Source of the DNA: an uncultured Lachnospiraceae bacterium
Lineage (GTDB): Bacteria > Bacillota > Clostridia > Lachnospirales > Lachnospiraceae
Direction of reading: 5' to 3'
Length of the DNA: 64,000 nt
Assembly: GCA_902789665.1 (NCBI GenBank)
Contig: CADAOY010000007.1
Location: forward strand, 1,057 to 65,056
Of the stretch, positions 16,704-25,410 are shown in pieces; position 1 is the stretch's first letter; each line of letters starts with the position of its first letter. Position numbers and translations under genes: made by a program. The notes under the pieces were generated by a model. It was not told where the DNA came from. It saw only the letters and a program-made list of their open reading frames with translations, and searched no databases.

Positions 16704-18635
16704 ATGGTTTATAATATAGACTTTGACATTGCGGCTATTTTGCTGTTAGTGTTTTCCTTATTTTATCTATTTTATAAAAAAGGCATAAGAAAAGGCACAA
16801 ACAGTGTCTTTTTACTGATGGTTTCCACATCGCTTATTTCTGCAGTGGCTGATATTGCCAGCGCCATTTCTGAGGCAGTGGCAGGTCCGGGAGAGACGCT
16901 GATGCTGGACTTCTGGAATCATCTGTTTTTTATAGTTCACAACTTACTTCCATTTTTATTTGTTTTATATGTTTTATATGTTGTTGATATTGCAAGAAAT
17001 GTTTCTAAATATCAGCTTTTAATTATATCTGTTCCGGTAATTATTGAGATTCTTTTCTTAATAACAAATCCATTTACCAGGCTGATGTTTTATTATGATG
17101 CATCCGGTGCATACTGTAGGGGACGTTTGTTCTTTATTCTGTACATAGGGGCAGTATTTTACTCATTTTTGGCAATTCATCTGTCAGTCCTTTACAGAAA
17201 ACTGATTTCCACAAACAAGTTCATATCCCTTTTATTCTTTACACTTATGGGCTTTGTACCGGTGCTGATTCAGATTAAGTTTTCACATATTCTTCTGGAT
17301 ATTTTCTGTCAGTCGCTGGCTATCTTAAATATTCTTTTCTCGATTGAGAATAAGTCCGATGTTATTAATCCTAACACGGGAGTTTATAACAGATATGCAT
17401 TCCTTAGCGCAGTTGATTCTACACTTAAAAGAGGAGAATGCACACTCATTGTTGTAAAATTAGCCAATGTTCAGTTCTATTACACAACCCTCGGTGTTGA
17501 ATATGTTAACGGAGTGCTTGAAGAAATTGCACAGTGGCTTAATGACAGACATAAAAAACTTATCTGCTATGACTGTGAGCAGGGTCATTTTGTCCTTTAC
17601 GGAAAGAAAATCTCCGACGAGGAAAAAGTGAAGCTTAAAACGGAAATTCTGGAAAGATTCCATTCAGCCTGGGAGTACAAATCCATGGGCTCTGTATTTC
17701 CGATAGAAATTTATGATGTAAGACCGCGTGTTGATGTGGAGACGATGGAAGACCTTCTGTTAATTCTGGATACTCCATTTGATGATCTGGTATCTGAAGA
17801 AGGAAATGTTACGGATGCGGTTGTTACATATCAAAGAAGAATGCTGGTTGAAAAGGTTATTCAGGAAGCTTTGGATAAACGTAAATTTCAGGTTTGGTAT
17901 CAGCCAATCCTTGATTCCAGCACGGGCAAAATAGTGTCCGCGGAGGCTCTTGTCAGACTTACTGATGAAAAGTTAGGATATATTTCTCCTGAAGAGTTCG
18001 TTCCGATTGCTGAGCAGACGGGAATGATTGTGGACATCGGGGCTTTTGTCTTTGATGAGGTTTGTAATTTCTATAAGACAAATAATCTTTCGGATCTTGG
18101 CATCGATTATATTGAGATTAACCTTTCCGTTGTGCAGTGTATGAATTCAAGGCTCGTGGATGCTTTTGACAAAGTGCTTAAGAAACACGGACTTGAAGCA
18201 AAGCACATTAATCTTGAGATTACAGAGTCGGCAGCTTCTGATTCTAGACATACACTTATGGAGACAGTTAATGCCTTAAAAGAAAGAGGATTTACTTTCT
18301 CACTTGATGATTATGGAACGGGATATTCCAATATTTCCTATATGTATGACATGCCATTTTCGATTATCAAACTTGATAAAACGATTCTCTGGAGCGCCCT
18401 TCATCCGCAAAATGGAATGGGAGATAAGAATGCGATGATTTTCCTTGAGAATACAATAAAAATGATGAAGGATATGAAGTATAAGCTCATCGCGGAAGGT
18501 ATTGAGACGCAGGAGCAGAGAAATCTGCTTAAGAGGCTTAACTGTGATTTCTTCCAGGGATTCTATTTCTCCAAACCTGTGCCTGGAGATATCTATCTTG
18601 ATATGTTAAGAAAACAGGTGGCAGTGACTGATTAA
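16704..18635 (+). CDS. Membrane EAL c-di-GMP phosphodiesterase (7TM N-terminus, degenerate GGDEF, EAL)
   Basis: About 7 hydrophobic segments; YQP, AEALVR, EINLS, EITE, DDYGTGYS, KLD and AEGIET intact; GGDEF site replaced by EQGHF. Confidence 0.9.
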   Translation: MVYNIDFDIAAILLLVFSLFYLFYKKGIRKGTNSVFLLMVSTSLISAVADIASAISEAVAGPGETLMLDFWNHLFFIVHNLLPFLFVLYVLYVVDIARNVSKYQLLIISVPVIIEILFLITNPFTRLMFYYDASGAYCRGRLFFILYIGAVFYSFLAIHLSVLYRKLISTNKFISLLFFTLMGFVPVLIQIKFSHILLDIFCQSLAILNILFSIENKSDVINPNTGVYNRYAFLSAVDSTLKRGECTLIVVKLANVQFYYTTLGVEYVNGVLEEIAQWLNDRHKKLICYDCEQGHFVLYGKKISDEEKVKLKTEILERFHSAWEYKSMGSVFPIEIYDVRPRVDVETMEDLLLILDTPFDDLVSEEGNVTDAVVTYQRRMLVEKVIQEALDKRKFQVWYQPILDSSTGKIVSAEALVRLTDEKLGYISPEEFVPIAEQTGMIVDIGAFVFDEVCNFYKTNNLSDLGIDYIEINLSVVQCMNSRLVDAFDKVLKKHGLEAKHINLEITESAASDSRHTLMETVNALKERGFTFSLDDYGTGYSNISYMYDMPFSIIKLDKTILWSALHPQNGMGDKNAMIFLENTIKMMKDMKYKLIAEGIETQEQRNLLKRLNCDFFQGFYFSKPVPGDIYLDMLRKQVAVTD

Positions 18636-18662
18636 GTCCCGTAAAATTAATGATTTAAGACT

Positions 18663-18697
18663 ATGCCCTTATAAATATAAAATATAAGGGCATTTTT
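18663..18697 (+). terminator. Intrinsic terminator
   Basis: ATGCCCTTATA...TATAAGGGCAT then TTTT. Confidence 0.8.
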
Positions 18698-18804
18698 CGT
18701 AAAATTATAAAATAATTGTATGTATTTACTATGAAATGTGGTATAATTGACTAGTGTGAGAGTGATTCACATTTGGGGTTAAAAAATGTATCTAGGAGGT
18801 TTTT

Positions 18805-19695
18805 ATGGCTAATAATATTCTTCTTGAGAATGGGACCAACGAGCTTGAGATACTGGAATTCGTTGTAGCGGGTAATTCTTACGGAATTAATGTAGCGAAG
18901 ATCAGAGAGATAATTACTTATCAGAATGTTACACCTATACCTAATTCACATCCAAGTGTTGAAGGTATATTTATGCCGAGAGATTTTATGATTACGGCAA
19001 TAGATCTTTCCAATTGTCTGCAAAGAGGTAAGAGTAAGCCTGAAGGTTTATTCATTATCACTAATTTCAATAAGCTTAATATAGCTTTCCATGTTGAGCA
19101 GGTACTTGGTATTCACAGAGTTTACTGGTCAGATATTATTCAGCCTGATACAGCGGTTGGATCAATGGAAGACGGTATTTCCACAGGTATTGTTAATATT
19201 AATGGCAAGCTTATAATCATTCTTGATTTCGAGAAGATTATTGCAGATATTAATCCTGAAACAAGTCTTAAGATTTCAGATGTGGATGCGCTTGAGAGTC
19301 ATGAAAGACACAATGTGCCTATAATGATTGTTGAGGATTCACCACTTCTTAATAAGCTTATTTATGACTGCTTAACCAAGGCAGGATATACACAGGTTAC
19401 ATGTTGTTCAAATGGTCAGGAAGCTTTGGATATTATTGATGGCTATATTAAAGATGGTAATCTTAATGATATGCTTAAGCTTGTTATTACTGATATAGAG
19501 ATGCCTGTGATGGATGGTCATCACTTACTTAAGCGTCTCAGAGAGCAGAGTATAACGGAACATCTACCGGTTATTATTTTCTCATCTTTAGTTAATGAGG
19601 AGATGAAGAGAAAAGGGGATGCACTGGGAGCCAATGCCCAGTTGTCCAAACCAGAGATAGGCAATCTTATCAAAACGATAGATGCCTTAGTTTAA
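18805..19695 (+). CDS. cheV: Chemotaxis coupling protein CheV (CheW + receiver)
   Basis: LLENGTNELEILEF..YGINVAKIREI CheW domain; IVEDS, ITDIEMPVMDG and SKP receiver motifs. Confidence 0.93.
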   Translation: MANNILLENGTNELEILEFVVAGNSYGINVAKIREIITYQNVTPIPNSHPSVEGIFMPRDFMITAIDLSNCLQRGKSKPEGLFIITNFNKLNIAFHVEQVLGIHRVYWSDIIQPDTAVGSMEDGISTGIVNINGKLIIILDFEKIIADINPETSLKISDVDALESHERHNVPIMIVEDSPLLNKLIYDCLTKAGYTQVTCCSNGQEALDIIDGYIKDGNLNDMLKLVITDIEMPVMDGHHLLKRLREQSITEHLPVIIFSSLVNEEMKRKGDALGANAQLSKPEIGNLIKTIDALV

Positions 19696-19702
19696 GTCGA
19701 CT

Positions 19703-19733
19703 AAAGCCGGGGTTATATCATACCCGGCTTTTA
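19703..19733 (+). terminator. Intrinsic terminator
   Basis: AAAGCCGGG...CCCGGCTTT-TT. Confidence 0.8.
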
Positions 19734-19773
19734 TTGTTTATCTAAAAAAGTTAAATTTTTTTAGGAGATTTAG

Positions 19774-21912
19774 ATGGCGGATAATAATAAAGATGATATT
19801 GAAATACTGGATTTCGTTGATAACGAACTGATGGAGATATCACAGGAAGAACTTGATAATATGCAAAGCGCCTTTGATGAATTAGAGGCATCAGCCAATG
19901 CAGATGATGAGTCAAATGATAGTGAAGCAGCAGAGGCTGATTCTGCAGTTGTGCAGCCTAAGTCTGTCGATACCAGATTCTCAGAACCTGTTGATGCAGG
20001 AGATTTGGGAGACCTGGATTTAGGTGATGCTGATTTGGGTGATGTGGATGACACGGAGGCTCAAGAGGCTCCTGCCGAGGAAATTAAGGAATTATCATTA
20101 GATTCATCGGATGTACTTGCAGATGTTAATGACGTGGATGCTATGCTTAAAGATGCACTTGGCGATTTGGGTGACCTTGATGATCTTGAAGATTTTGATG
20201 CTAATGAACTTAGCTCTGACCTTGATGAATCATTATTAAAAGAGCCTGAAGGTGCAGAAGAAAAGGCTGATGATGCGGTTGAGACTGTGGCAGAAGAAGC
20301 AGCTGAAGAAAAGGCAGAAGAGCAGGAAACAGCGGAAGAAAGTGCGAAGGGCGTTGATCTTGATGAAGAAGGTGAACCTATTCTTGATTTAAATGGTGTT
20401 CCTGTGGATGAAGAAGATATATCCGAAATTTCCACCATTCTTAGTAAGCCTGATAATAATGACCTTGTTAATGACAATCTTATGGACATGCTTGAAACTG
20501 CCCAGGAAGAAAAAGAGCAAAGAGAGTATGGAGAGAATCTTCCAGAAATTGGAGAGACAACATATAAGACTGTTGTTGATGAAGAAGAGGCAATTGAAGA
20601 AGGTAATGGCAGCATAGAGATAGTTACTGAAAGTGCTGTAACGGAAGGCGAAGGTTTTGATGAACTTCCTCCTATGGAAGAGGCACAGGCCCAGCCAATA
20701 GAAGAGGTTAAGGAAGAGCCTAAGGAAGAATCTGAAGAACCTAAGAAAGAGAAAAAGAAGAAAGAAAAGAAAGAAAAGAAGCCTAAGAAAGAGCCTGTAG
20801 AAGAAGATTTGGATGATGACTTAGAAGGCAGGAAGAAGATGAGCCTTTGGGAGCGCATCATGGCATTCCTCTTTGAATCTGATGAAGAAGAGGAAACTGA
20901 AGAAGGCGCTGAAGGCGAAACTGCAGAAGGTGCTGAAGGAGGAGAAGGAGCAGGTGCTCCTGCCAAGAAGGGCAAGAAAGAAAAGAAGAAAAAAGAAAAG
21001 AAAGATAAAAAAGGCAAGAAGGGCAAGGAAGACGCCGAAGGCGAAGAAGGCGAGGAATCCCCTAAGAAGAAGTCCAAGAAGGATAAAGGCGGCGACGACG
21101 ACGGCGACGGCGAAGAAGGGGAAGGCAAGAAAAAGAAGAAAAAAGAGAAGAAGCCTAAGAAAGAAAAGAATCTTGAAGAAGAACTTAAGCCAAGACAGAA
21201 GGGTATTAGTAATAAAGCCGTGGCGGCGATTTTGCTGGTTTGCTTATCTATTGCTGCTGTAATAGTTGTGCTTTGTTATTTCGGACCAAGAACACTTGCA
21301 ATTAATAAGGCTAATTATGACTTGTATGATGGTGAGTACCAGGAGGCGGCGCTTACATTATATGGCATGAAATTAAATGAGAATGATACGCTGGTTTATC
21401 GCAAGGCATCACTCCTTAATGCAGTTAATACAAAGCTTGATCAGTATGATAAGTTTATGGCAATTAAGAGAGAGGATAAGGCTCTTGATGCGCTCTTTAA
21501 GACCATTACTTACTGCGATACCAAGAAGGTTGAGGCAGATAATATAGGCGTTGCTGAAGAAGTTGCGATTGTAAGAAATGCAGCGCTTTCGATACTTAGT
21601 GATAAGTATGGCGTGACAGAGGAGCAGGTTGAGGAAATTTGTCAGATGCGTCCTGTATATTATACATCGGCGATTGAGAGTATTATGAGGGGTCTTCCTT
21701 ATGATGCATTTGATCCTCTTGATGAAGAATCTCAGCAAAGAGCATATGATGCTCAGCTTGAAAGTATAACCGGTGGTGAAGAAAGTGGGGAGAGCGAAGA
21801 GGCTGCACCTGAAGAGACCCTGGAAGATCCGCTTGAAGGCGAGCCGGGATTTGCGCCTGCGCCGGATAATGCAGGTGAAGGAAATGGGGAAGGCATGGAA
21901 ATGGTGGAATAA
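19774..21912 (+). CDS. Hypothetical highly acidic/lysine-block single-pass membrane protein
   Basis: 712 aa; about 480 aa D/E/K-rich low complexity, one TM near aa 483-503, helical C-terminal domain, acidic tail; AGGAG RBS. Confidence 0.8.
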   Translation: MADNNKDDIEILDFVDNELMEISQEELDNMQSAFDELEASANADDESNDSEAAEADSAVVQPKSVDTRFSEPVDAGDLGDLDLGDADLGDVDDTEAQEAPAEEIKELSLDSSDVLADVNDVDAMLKDALGDLGDLDDLEDFDANELSSDLDESLLKEPEGAEEKADDAVETVAEEAAEEKAEEQETAEESAKGVDLDEEGEPILDLNGVPVDEEDISEISTILSKPDNNDLVNDNLMDMLETAQEEKEQREYGENLPEIGETTYKTVVDEEEAIEEGNGSIEIVTESAVTEGEGFDELPPMEEAQAQPIEEVKEEPKEESEEPKKEKKKKEKKEKKPKKEPVEEDLDDDLEGRKKMSLWERIMAFLFESDEEEETEEGAEGETAEGAEGGEGAGAPAKKGKKEKKKKEKKDKKGKKGKEDAEGEEGEESPKKKSKKDKGGDDDGDGEEGEGKKKKKKEKKPKKEKNLEEELKPRQKGISNKAVAAILLVCLSIAAVIVVLCYFGPRTLAINKANYDLYDGEYQEAALTLYGMKLNENDTLVYRKASLLNAVNTKLDQYDKFMAIKREDKALDALFKTITYCDTKKVEADNIGVAEEVAIVRNAALSILSDKYGVTEEQVEEICQMRPVYYTSAIESIMRGLPYDAFDPLDEESQQRAYDAQLESITGGEESGESEEAAPEETLEDPLEGEPGFAPAPDNAGEGNGEGMEMVE

Positions 21913-22514
21913 TGATTGGTATTATTGATTATGATGCAGGAAATATAAGATCTGTGGAACATGCGCTTAAATCCATGGATGTGCCTTATGTATTAAGTTC
22001 TGATCCAGAGGTATTAAAGAAGGCAGATAAACTTATATTACCGGGCGTCGGGGCATATGGCGATGCGATGGAAAAGTTAAATGCCTCAAATCTTACAAAT
22101 ACAATTAAGGAGTTAACAGGTAATGGAAAACCATTACTTGGAATATGCTTAGGACTTCAGCTTTTGTTTGAATCCAGCGAGGAGAGCCCGGGAGTTGAAG
22201 GCATTGGAATTCTAAAAGGACATATACTTAAGATACCTTCTGATGGTAGTCTTAAAATACCTCATATGGGCTGGAACTCTCTTAGTATGCCTAAGCAAAG
22301 CAGGCTGCTTAAGGGTATTAAGGAAGGTTCATATGTGTATTTCGTTCATTCATATTATCTCAAGGCAGATGAAGATGTGGTTATAGCAACATCTGATTAT
22401 GGTGTTACTATTCATGCGGCAGTGGAGAAGGATAATATTTTTGCCTGCCAGTTTCATCCTGAGAAGAGCTCAGATACAGGCCTTCAGATTCTTAAGAATT
22501 TCATTTCAATGTAG
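21912..22514 (+). CDS. hisH: Imidazole glycerol phosphate synthase glutaminase subunit
   Basis: IIDYDAGN, LPGVG, GICLGLQ, YFVHSY, QFHPEKS. Confidence 0.97.
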   Translation: MIGIIDYDAGNIRSVEHALKSMDVPYVLSSDPEVLKKADKLILPGVGAYGDAMEKLNASNLTNTIKELTGNGKPLLGICLGLQLLFESSEESPGVEGIGILKGHILKIPSDGSLKIPHMGWNSLSMPKQSRLLKGIKEGSYVYFVHSYYLKADEDVVIATSDYGVTIHAAVEKDNIFACQFHPEKSSDTGLQILKNFISM

Positions 22515-22523
22515 GAGATAAAT

Positions 22524-23285
22524 ATGCATACAAAAAGGATAATACCTTGCCTTGATGTTAATGCGGGCAGAGTTGTTAAGGGTATTAATTTTGTGAATTT
22601 AGTGGATGCCGGCGATCCTGTTGCATGTGCCTATGCCTATGACAGGGCAGGTGCGGATGAACTGGTTTTCCTTGATATTACAGCTTCATCTGATAACAGA
22701 CATACTGTTACGGATATGGTGGAGAAGGTTGCCAGCTGCGTATTCATTCCTTTTACCGTTGGCGGTGGAATCAGAACTGTCGATGATTTTAAGGAGATAT
22801 TAAGAGCAGGTGCTGACAAGGTTGCAGTTAATTCGGCAGCCATTATGAATCCGCCTTTAATTAATGAGGCGGCTGATAAATTTGGAAGTCAGTGCGTTGT
22901 TGTGGCTATTGATGCCAAAAGAAGAGCAGACGGAACAGGCTGGAATATATTCAAAAATGGCGGCCGCGTGGATATGGGAATCGATGCGCTAAAGTGGGCT
23001 GAGGAAGCTTATAAAAGAGGAGCAGGAGAGATTCTTTTAACCAGTATGGACTGCGATGGAACAAAGGATGGATTTGATATTGAACTTACCAGAGCGGTAT
23101 CGGATCTTGTTCCAATTCCGGTTATCGCATCAGGCGGCGCAGGTAAGTTAGAGCACTTTTATGAGGCGCTTACAGAGGCGAAGGCTGAGGCTGCTTTGGC
23201 GGCGAGTCTTTTTCACTTTAATGAGTTATCGATTAGGGAAGTTAAGGAATATCTTAAGAATAAGGGTGTTCCTGTCAGGTTATAG
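22524..23285 (+). CDS. hisF: Imidazole glycerol phosphate synthase cyclase subunit
   Basis: [45 protein letters not shown]. Confidence 0.97.
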   Translation: MHTKRIIPCLDVNAGRVVKGINFVNLVDAGDPVACAYAYDRAGADELVFLDITASSDNRHTVTDMVEKVASCVFIPFTVGGGIRTVDDFKEILRAGADKVAVNSAAIMNPPLINEAADKFGSQCVVVAIDAKRRADGTGWNIFKNGGRVDMGIDALKWAEEAYKRGAGEILLTSMDCDGTKDGFDIELTRAVSDLVPIPVIASGGAGKLEHFYEALTEAKAEAALAASLFHFNELSIREVKEYLKNKGVPVRL

Positions 23286-23287
23286 TT

Positions 23288-23974
23288 ATGAATGAACATG
23301 GAATGCCGCTTGAGTGGCAGGATGCCATAAGACCGTATATCAGTGAGAATGATAAGGCTGTTTTAAGACAGTTAAATGAATTTCTTAAAAAAGAAAGGTC
23401 CATGTATAATGTATTTCCACCGGCTGATAAGGTTTATAATGCATTAAATCTGTGCCCGCCTTCAAAAGTGAAGGTGCTGATTATGGGGCAGGATCCTTAT
23501 CATGAGAGGGGACAAGCCATGGGCTTATCTTTCTCTGTGCCAAAGGGCGTGAAGATTCCGCCATCACTTAGAAATATATATAAAGAAATTCAGGATGAAT
23601 ACGGGATTAATTATCCAAAGAGCGGTGATTTAACCAATCTGGCAAATCAGGGCGTGCTTCTTCTTAACGCGGTGCTTACTGTAAGAGAGGGAGAGGCTAA
23701 TTCTCATAAGAATAAAGGCTGGGAGATACTTACATCTGCAGTCGTAAAGTCACTTAGAGATTCAAAAAAGCCTATGGTTTACATGCTTTGGGGATCAGAT
23801 GCAGGAAGGCTTGTGGAGAACGATAGCAGTAATCCGCAGTTAGTCTTAAGAACCACGCATCCAAGTCCGTTGTCTGCGAATAGAGGTTTTTTAGGGTGCG
23901 GGCATTTTAGAAAATGTAATGAATATTTGGAGAAAAATAATTTAGAACCTATAGATTGGAGAATTCTTTTATGA
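23288..23974 (+). CDS. ung: Uracil-DNA glycosylase (family 1)
   Basis: GQDPYH, GLSFSV, LLLNAVLTV, HPSPLS. Confidence 0.97.
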   Translation: MNEHGMPLEWQDAIRPYISENDKAVLRQLNEFLKKERSMYNVFPPADKVYNALNLCPPSKVKVLIMGQDPYHERGQAMGLSFSVPKGVKIPPSLRNIYKEIQDEYGINYPKSGDLTNLANQGVLLLNAVLTVREGEANSHKNKGWEILTSAVVKSLRDSKKPMVYMLWGSDAGRLVENDSSNPQLVLRTTHPSPLSANRGFLGCGHFRKCNEYLEKNNLEPIDWRILL

Positions 23975-25254
23975 GTAAAAAAGCATTTTTAACACTGGAA
24001 AAAGCGAAAGAAATTGATAAAGAGTATTCTACTCCTTATCATATCTATGATGAGAAAAGCATTATAGAGAATGTGAGAGCCATTAATAAGGCTTTCAGCT
24101 GGAATAAGGGATTTAAGGAGTATTTTGCAGTTAAGGCTAATCCGAATCCGTTTATTCTGCAGATTCTTAAGGCAGAGGGATGCGGTATGGACTGCTCATC
24201 CATGAGCGAGCTGGTGCTTTCAAAGGCTGTTGGGCTTGAAGGAAACGGCATTATGTTTTCATCCAATGCAACTCCTGCAAGTGAGTATAAATATGCCAAT
24301 GAGTTAGGCGCTATTATAAATCTTGATGATTTTACACATGTTGAGTTCATTAAAAATGTTCTTGGTACACTGCCTAAGAAAATGTGCCTTAGATATAATC
24401 CGGGCGGAGTATTCGAAGTATGTAACGGAATTATGGATAATCCGGGCGATGCCAAGTATGGAATGAGCAAAGAGCAGATGTTTGAAGCCATGAAGATTCT
24501 TAAAGGCTATGGCGTAGAAGAGTTCGGTATTCACGCATTCCTTGCAAGTAATGTATTGTCAGATAAGTATTATCCGATGCTTGCAAAAATATTGTTTGAG
24601 CTTGCGGTTGAGGCTCATGAAGTGACAGGCGTTAATGTTACATTTGTTAACCTTTCAGGTGGCGTTGGTATTCCTTATAAGCCTGAAGATGAGCCTTGTA
24701 ATATAGCAAATATCGGTGAGGGCGTAAGAAAGGCTTATGAGGAAGTAATCGCTCCTTCATCATTGGGTGATGTGGCCGTGCTTACTGAGATGGGCAGATT
24801 TGTAATGGGACCTTATGGCGCTTTGGTTACAAAGGCTGTTCACTTTAAGCATATTTATAAAGAGTATGTAGGATGCGACGCATGTGCAGTTAACTTAATG
24901 AGACCTGCAATGTATGGAGCTTATCATCATATAACAATTCTGGGCAAAGAGGATAAGCCTTGTGATCACAAATATGATATTACAGGTTCTCTTTGCGAGA
25001 ATAATGACAAGTTTGCGATAGACAGAATGCTGCCGGAAATTGAAATCGGGGATTTTATCTATATTCATGATACGGGAGCTCACGGATTCTCCATGGGATA
25101 CAATTATAACGGCAAGTTAAGAAGCAAGGAACTGCTGCTTAAAGAGGATGGTTCGGTTCAGTTAATCAGAAGGGCTGAGACAATAGAAGATTATCTTAGA
25201 ACTTTTGACTGCTTTGATATTTTTGATAAGTTTGATTTCGAAGGAAGCAGGTAA
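23971..25254 (+). CDS. lysA: Diaminopimelate decarboxylase
   Basis: FAVKANP (PLP Lys), GSLCENND, HDTGAHG; start ATG 23971 overlaps the ung stop (ATGA). Confidence 0.9.
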   Translation: MSKKAFLTLEKAKEIDKEYSTPYHIYDEKSIIENVRAINKAFSWNKGFKEYFAVKANPNPFILQILKAEGCGMDCSSMSELVLSKAVGLEGNGIMFSSNATPASEYKYANELGAIINLDDFTHVEFIKNVLGTLPKKMCLRYNPGGVFEVCNGIMDNPGDAKYGMSKEQMFEAMKILKGYGVEEFGIHAFLASNVLSDKYYPMLAKILFELAVEAHEVTGVNVTFVNLSGGVGIPYKPEDEPCNIANIGEGVRKAYEEVIAPSSLGDVAVLTEMGRFVMGPYGALVTKAVHFKHIYKEYVGCDACAVNLMRPAMYGAYHHITILGKEDKPCDHKYDITGSLCENNDKFAIDRMLPEIEIGDFIYIHDTGAHGFSMGYNYNGKLRSKELLLKEDGSVQLIRRAETIEDYLRTFDCFDIFDKFDFEGSR

Positions 25255-25258
25255 CATA

Positions 25259-25290
25259 AAATGGCTAAAAATCTATGTTTTTAGCCATTT
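25259..25290 (+). terminator. Intrinsic terminator
   Basis: AAATGGCTAAAAA-TCTATG-TTTTTAGCCATTT. Confidence 0.75.
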
Positions 25291-25296
25291 CTTTAT

Positions 25297-25325
25297 TTGA
25301 CTTTTAAGGCTTGGCATTATATAAT
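25297..25325 (+). promoter_or_regulatory. Sigma-A promoter of the dynamin-like gene
   Basis: TTGACT-17 bp-TATAAT. Confidence 0.75.
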
Positions 25326-25410
25326 TATTATGTATTTTTTGTGCGCTTCAGGGGGCAATTTGTGTTAAAGAGAAGCGCTATGCATAAATTTACTTGGAGG
25401 GGTTTCGTCA

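Noticed and set aside
18755-18771. TGTGA-N7-TCACA near the cheV promoter as a CRP/Rex site
   Set aside because: Spacing is 7, not the required 6; weak evidence in AT-rich DNA.
20061-21128. 355-aa antisense ORF (likewise 8234-8677, 41204-41611, 49109-49606)
   Set aside because: Ser/Phe-rich shadows of Glu/Lys-rich sense genes.
21030-21130. Patch of C-ending codons inside the acidic protein gene
   Set aside because: Short, in frame and within a low-complexity tract; cannot be distinguished from slippage-driven turnover.
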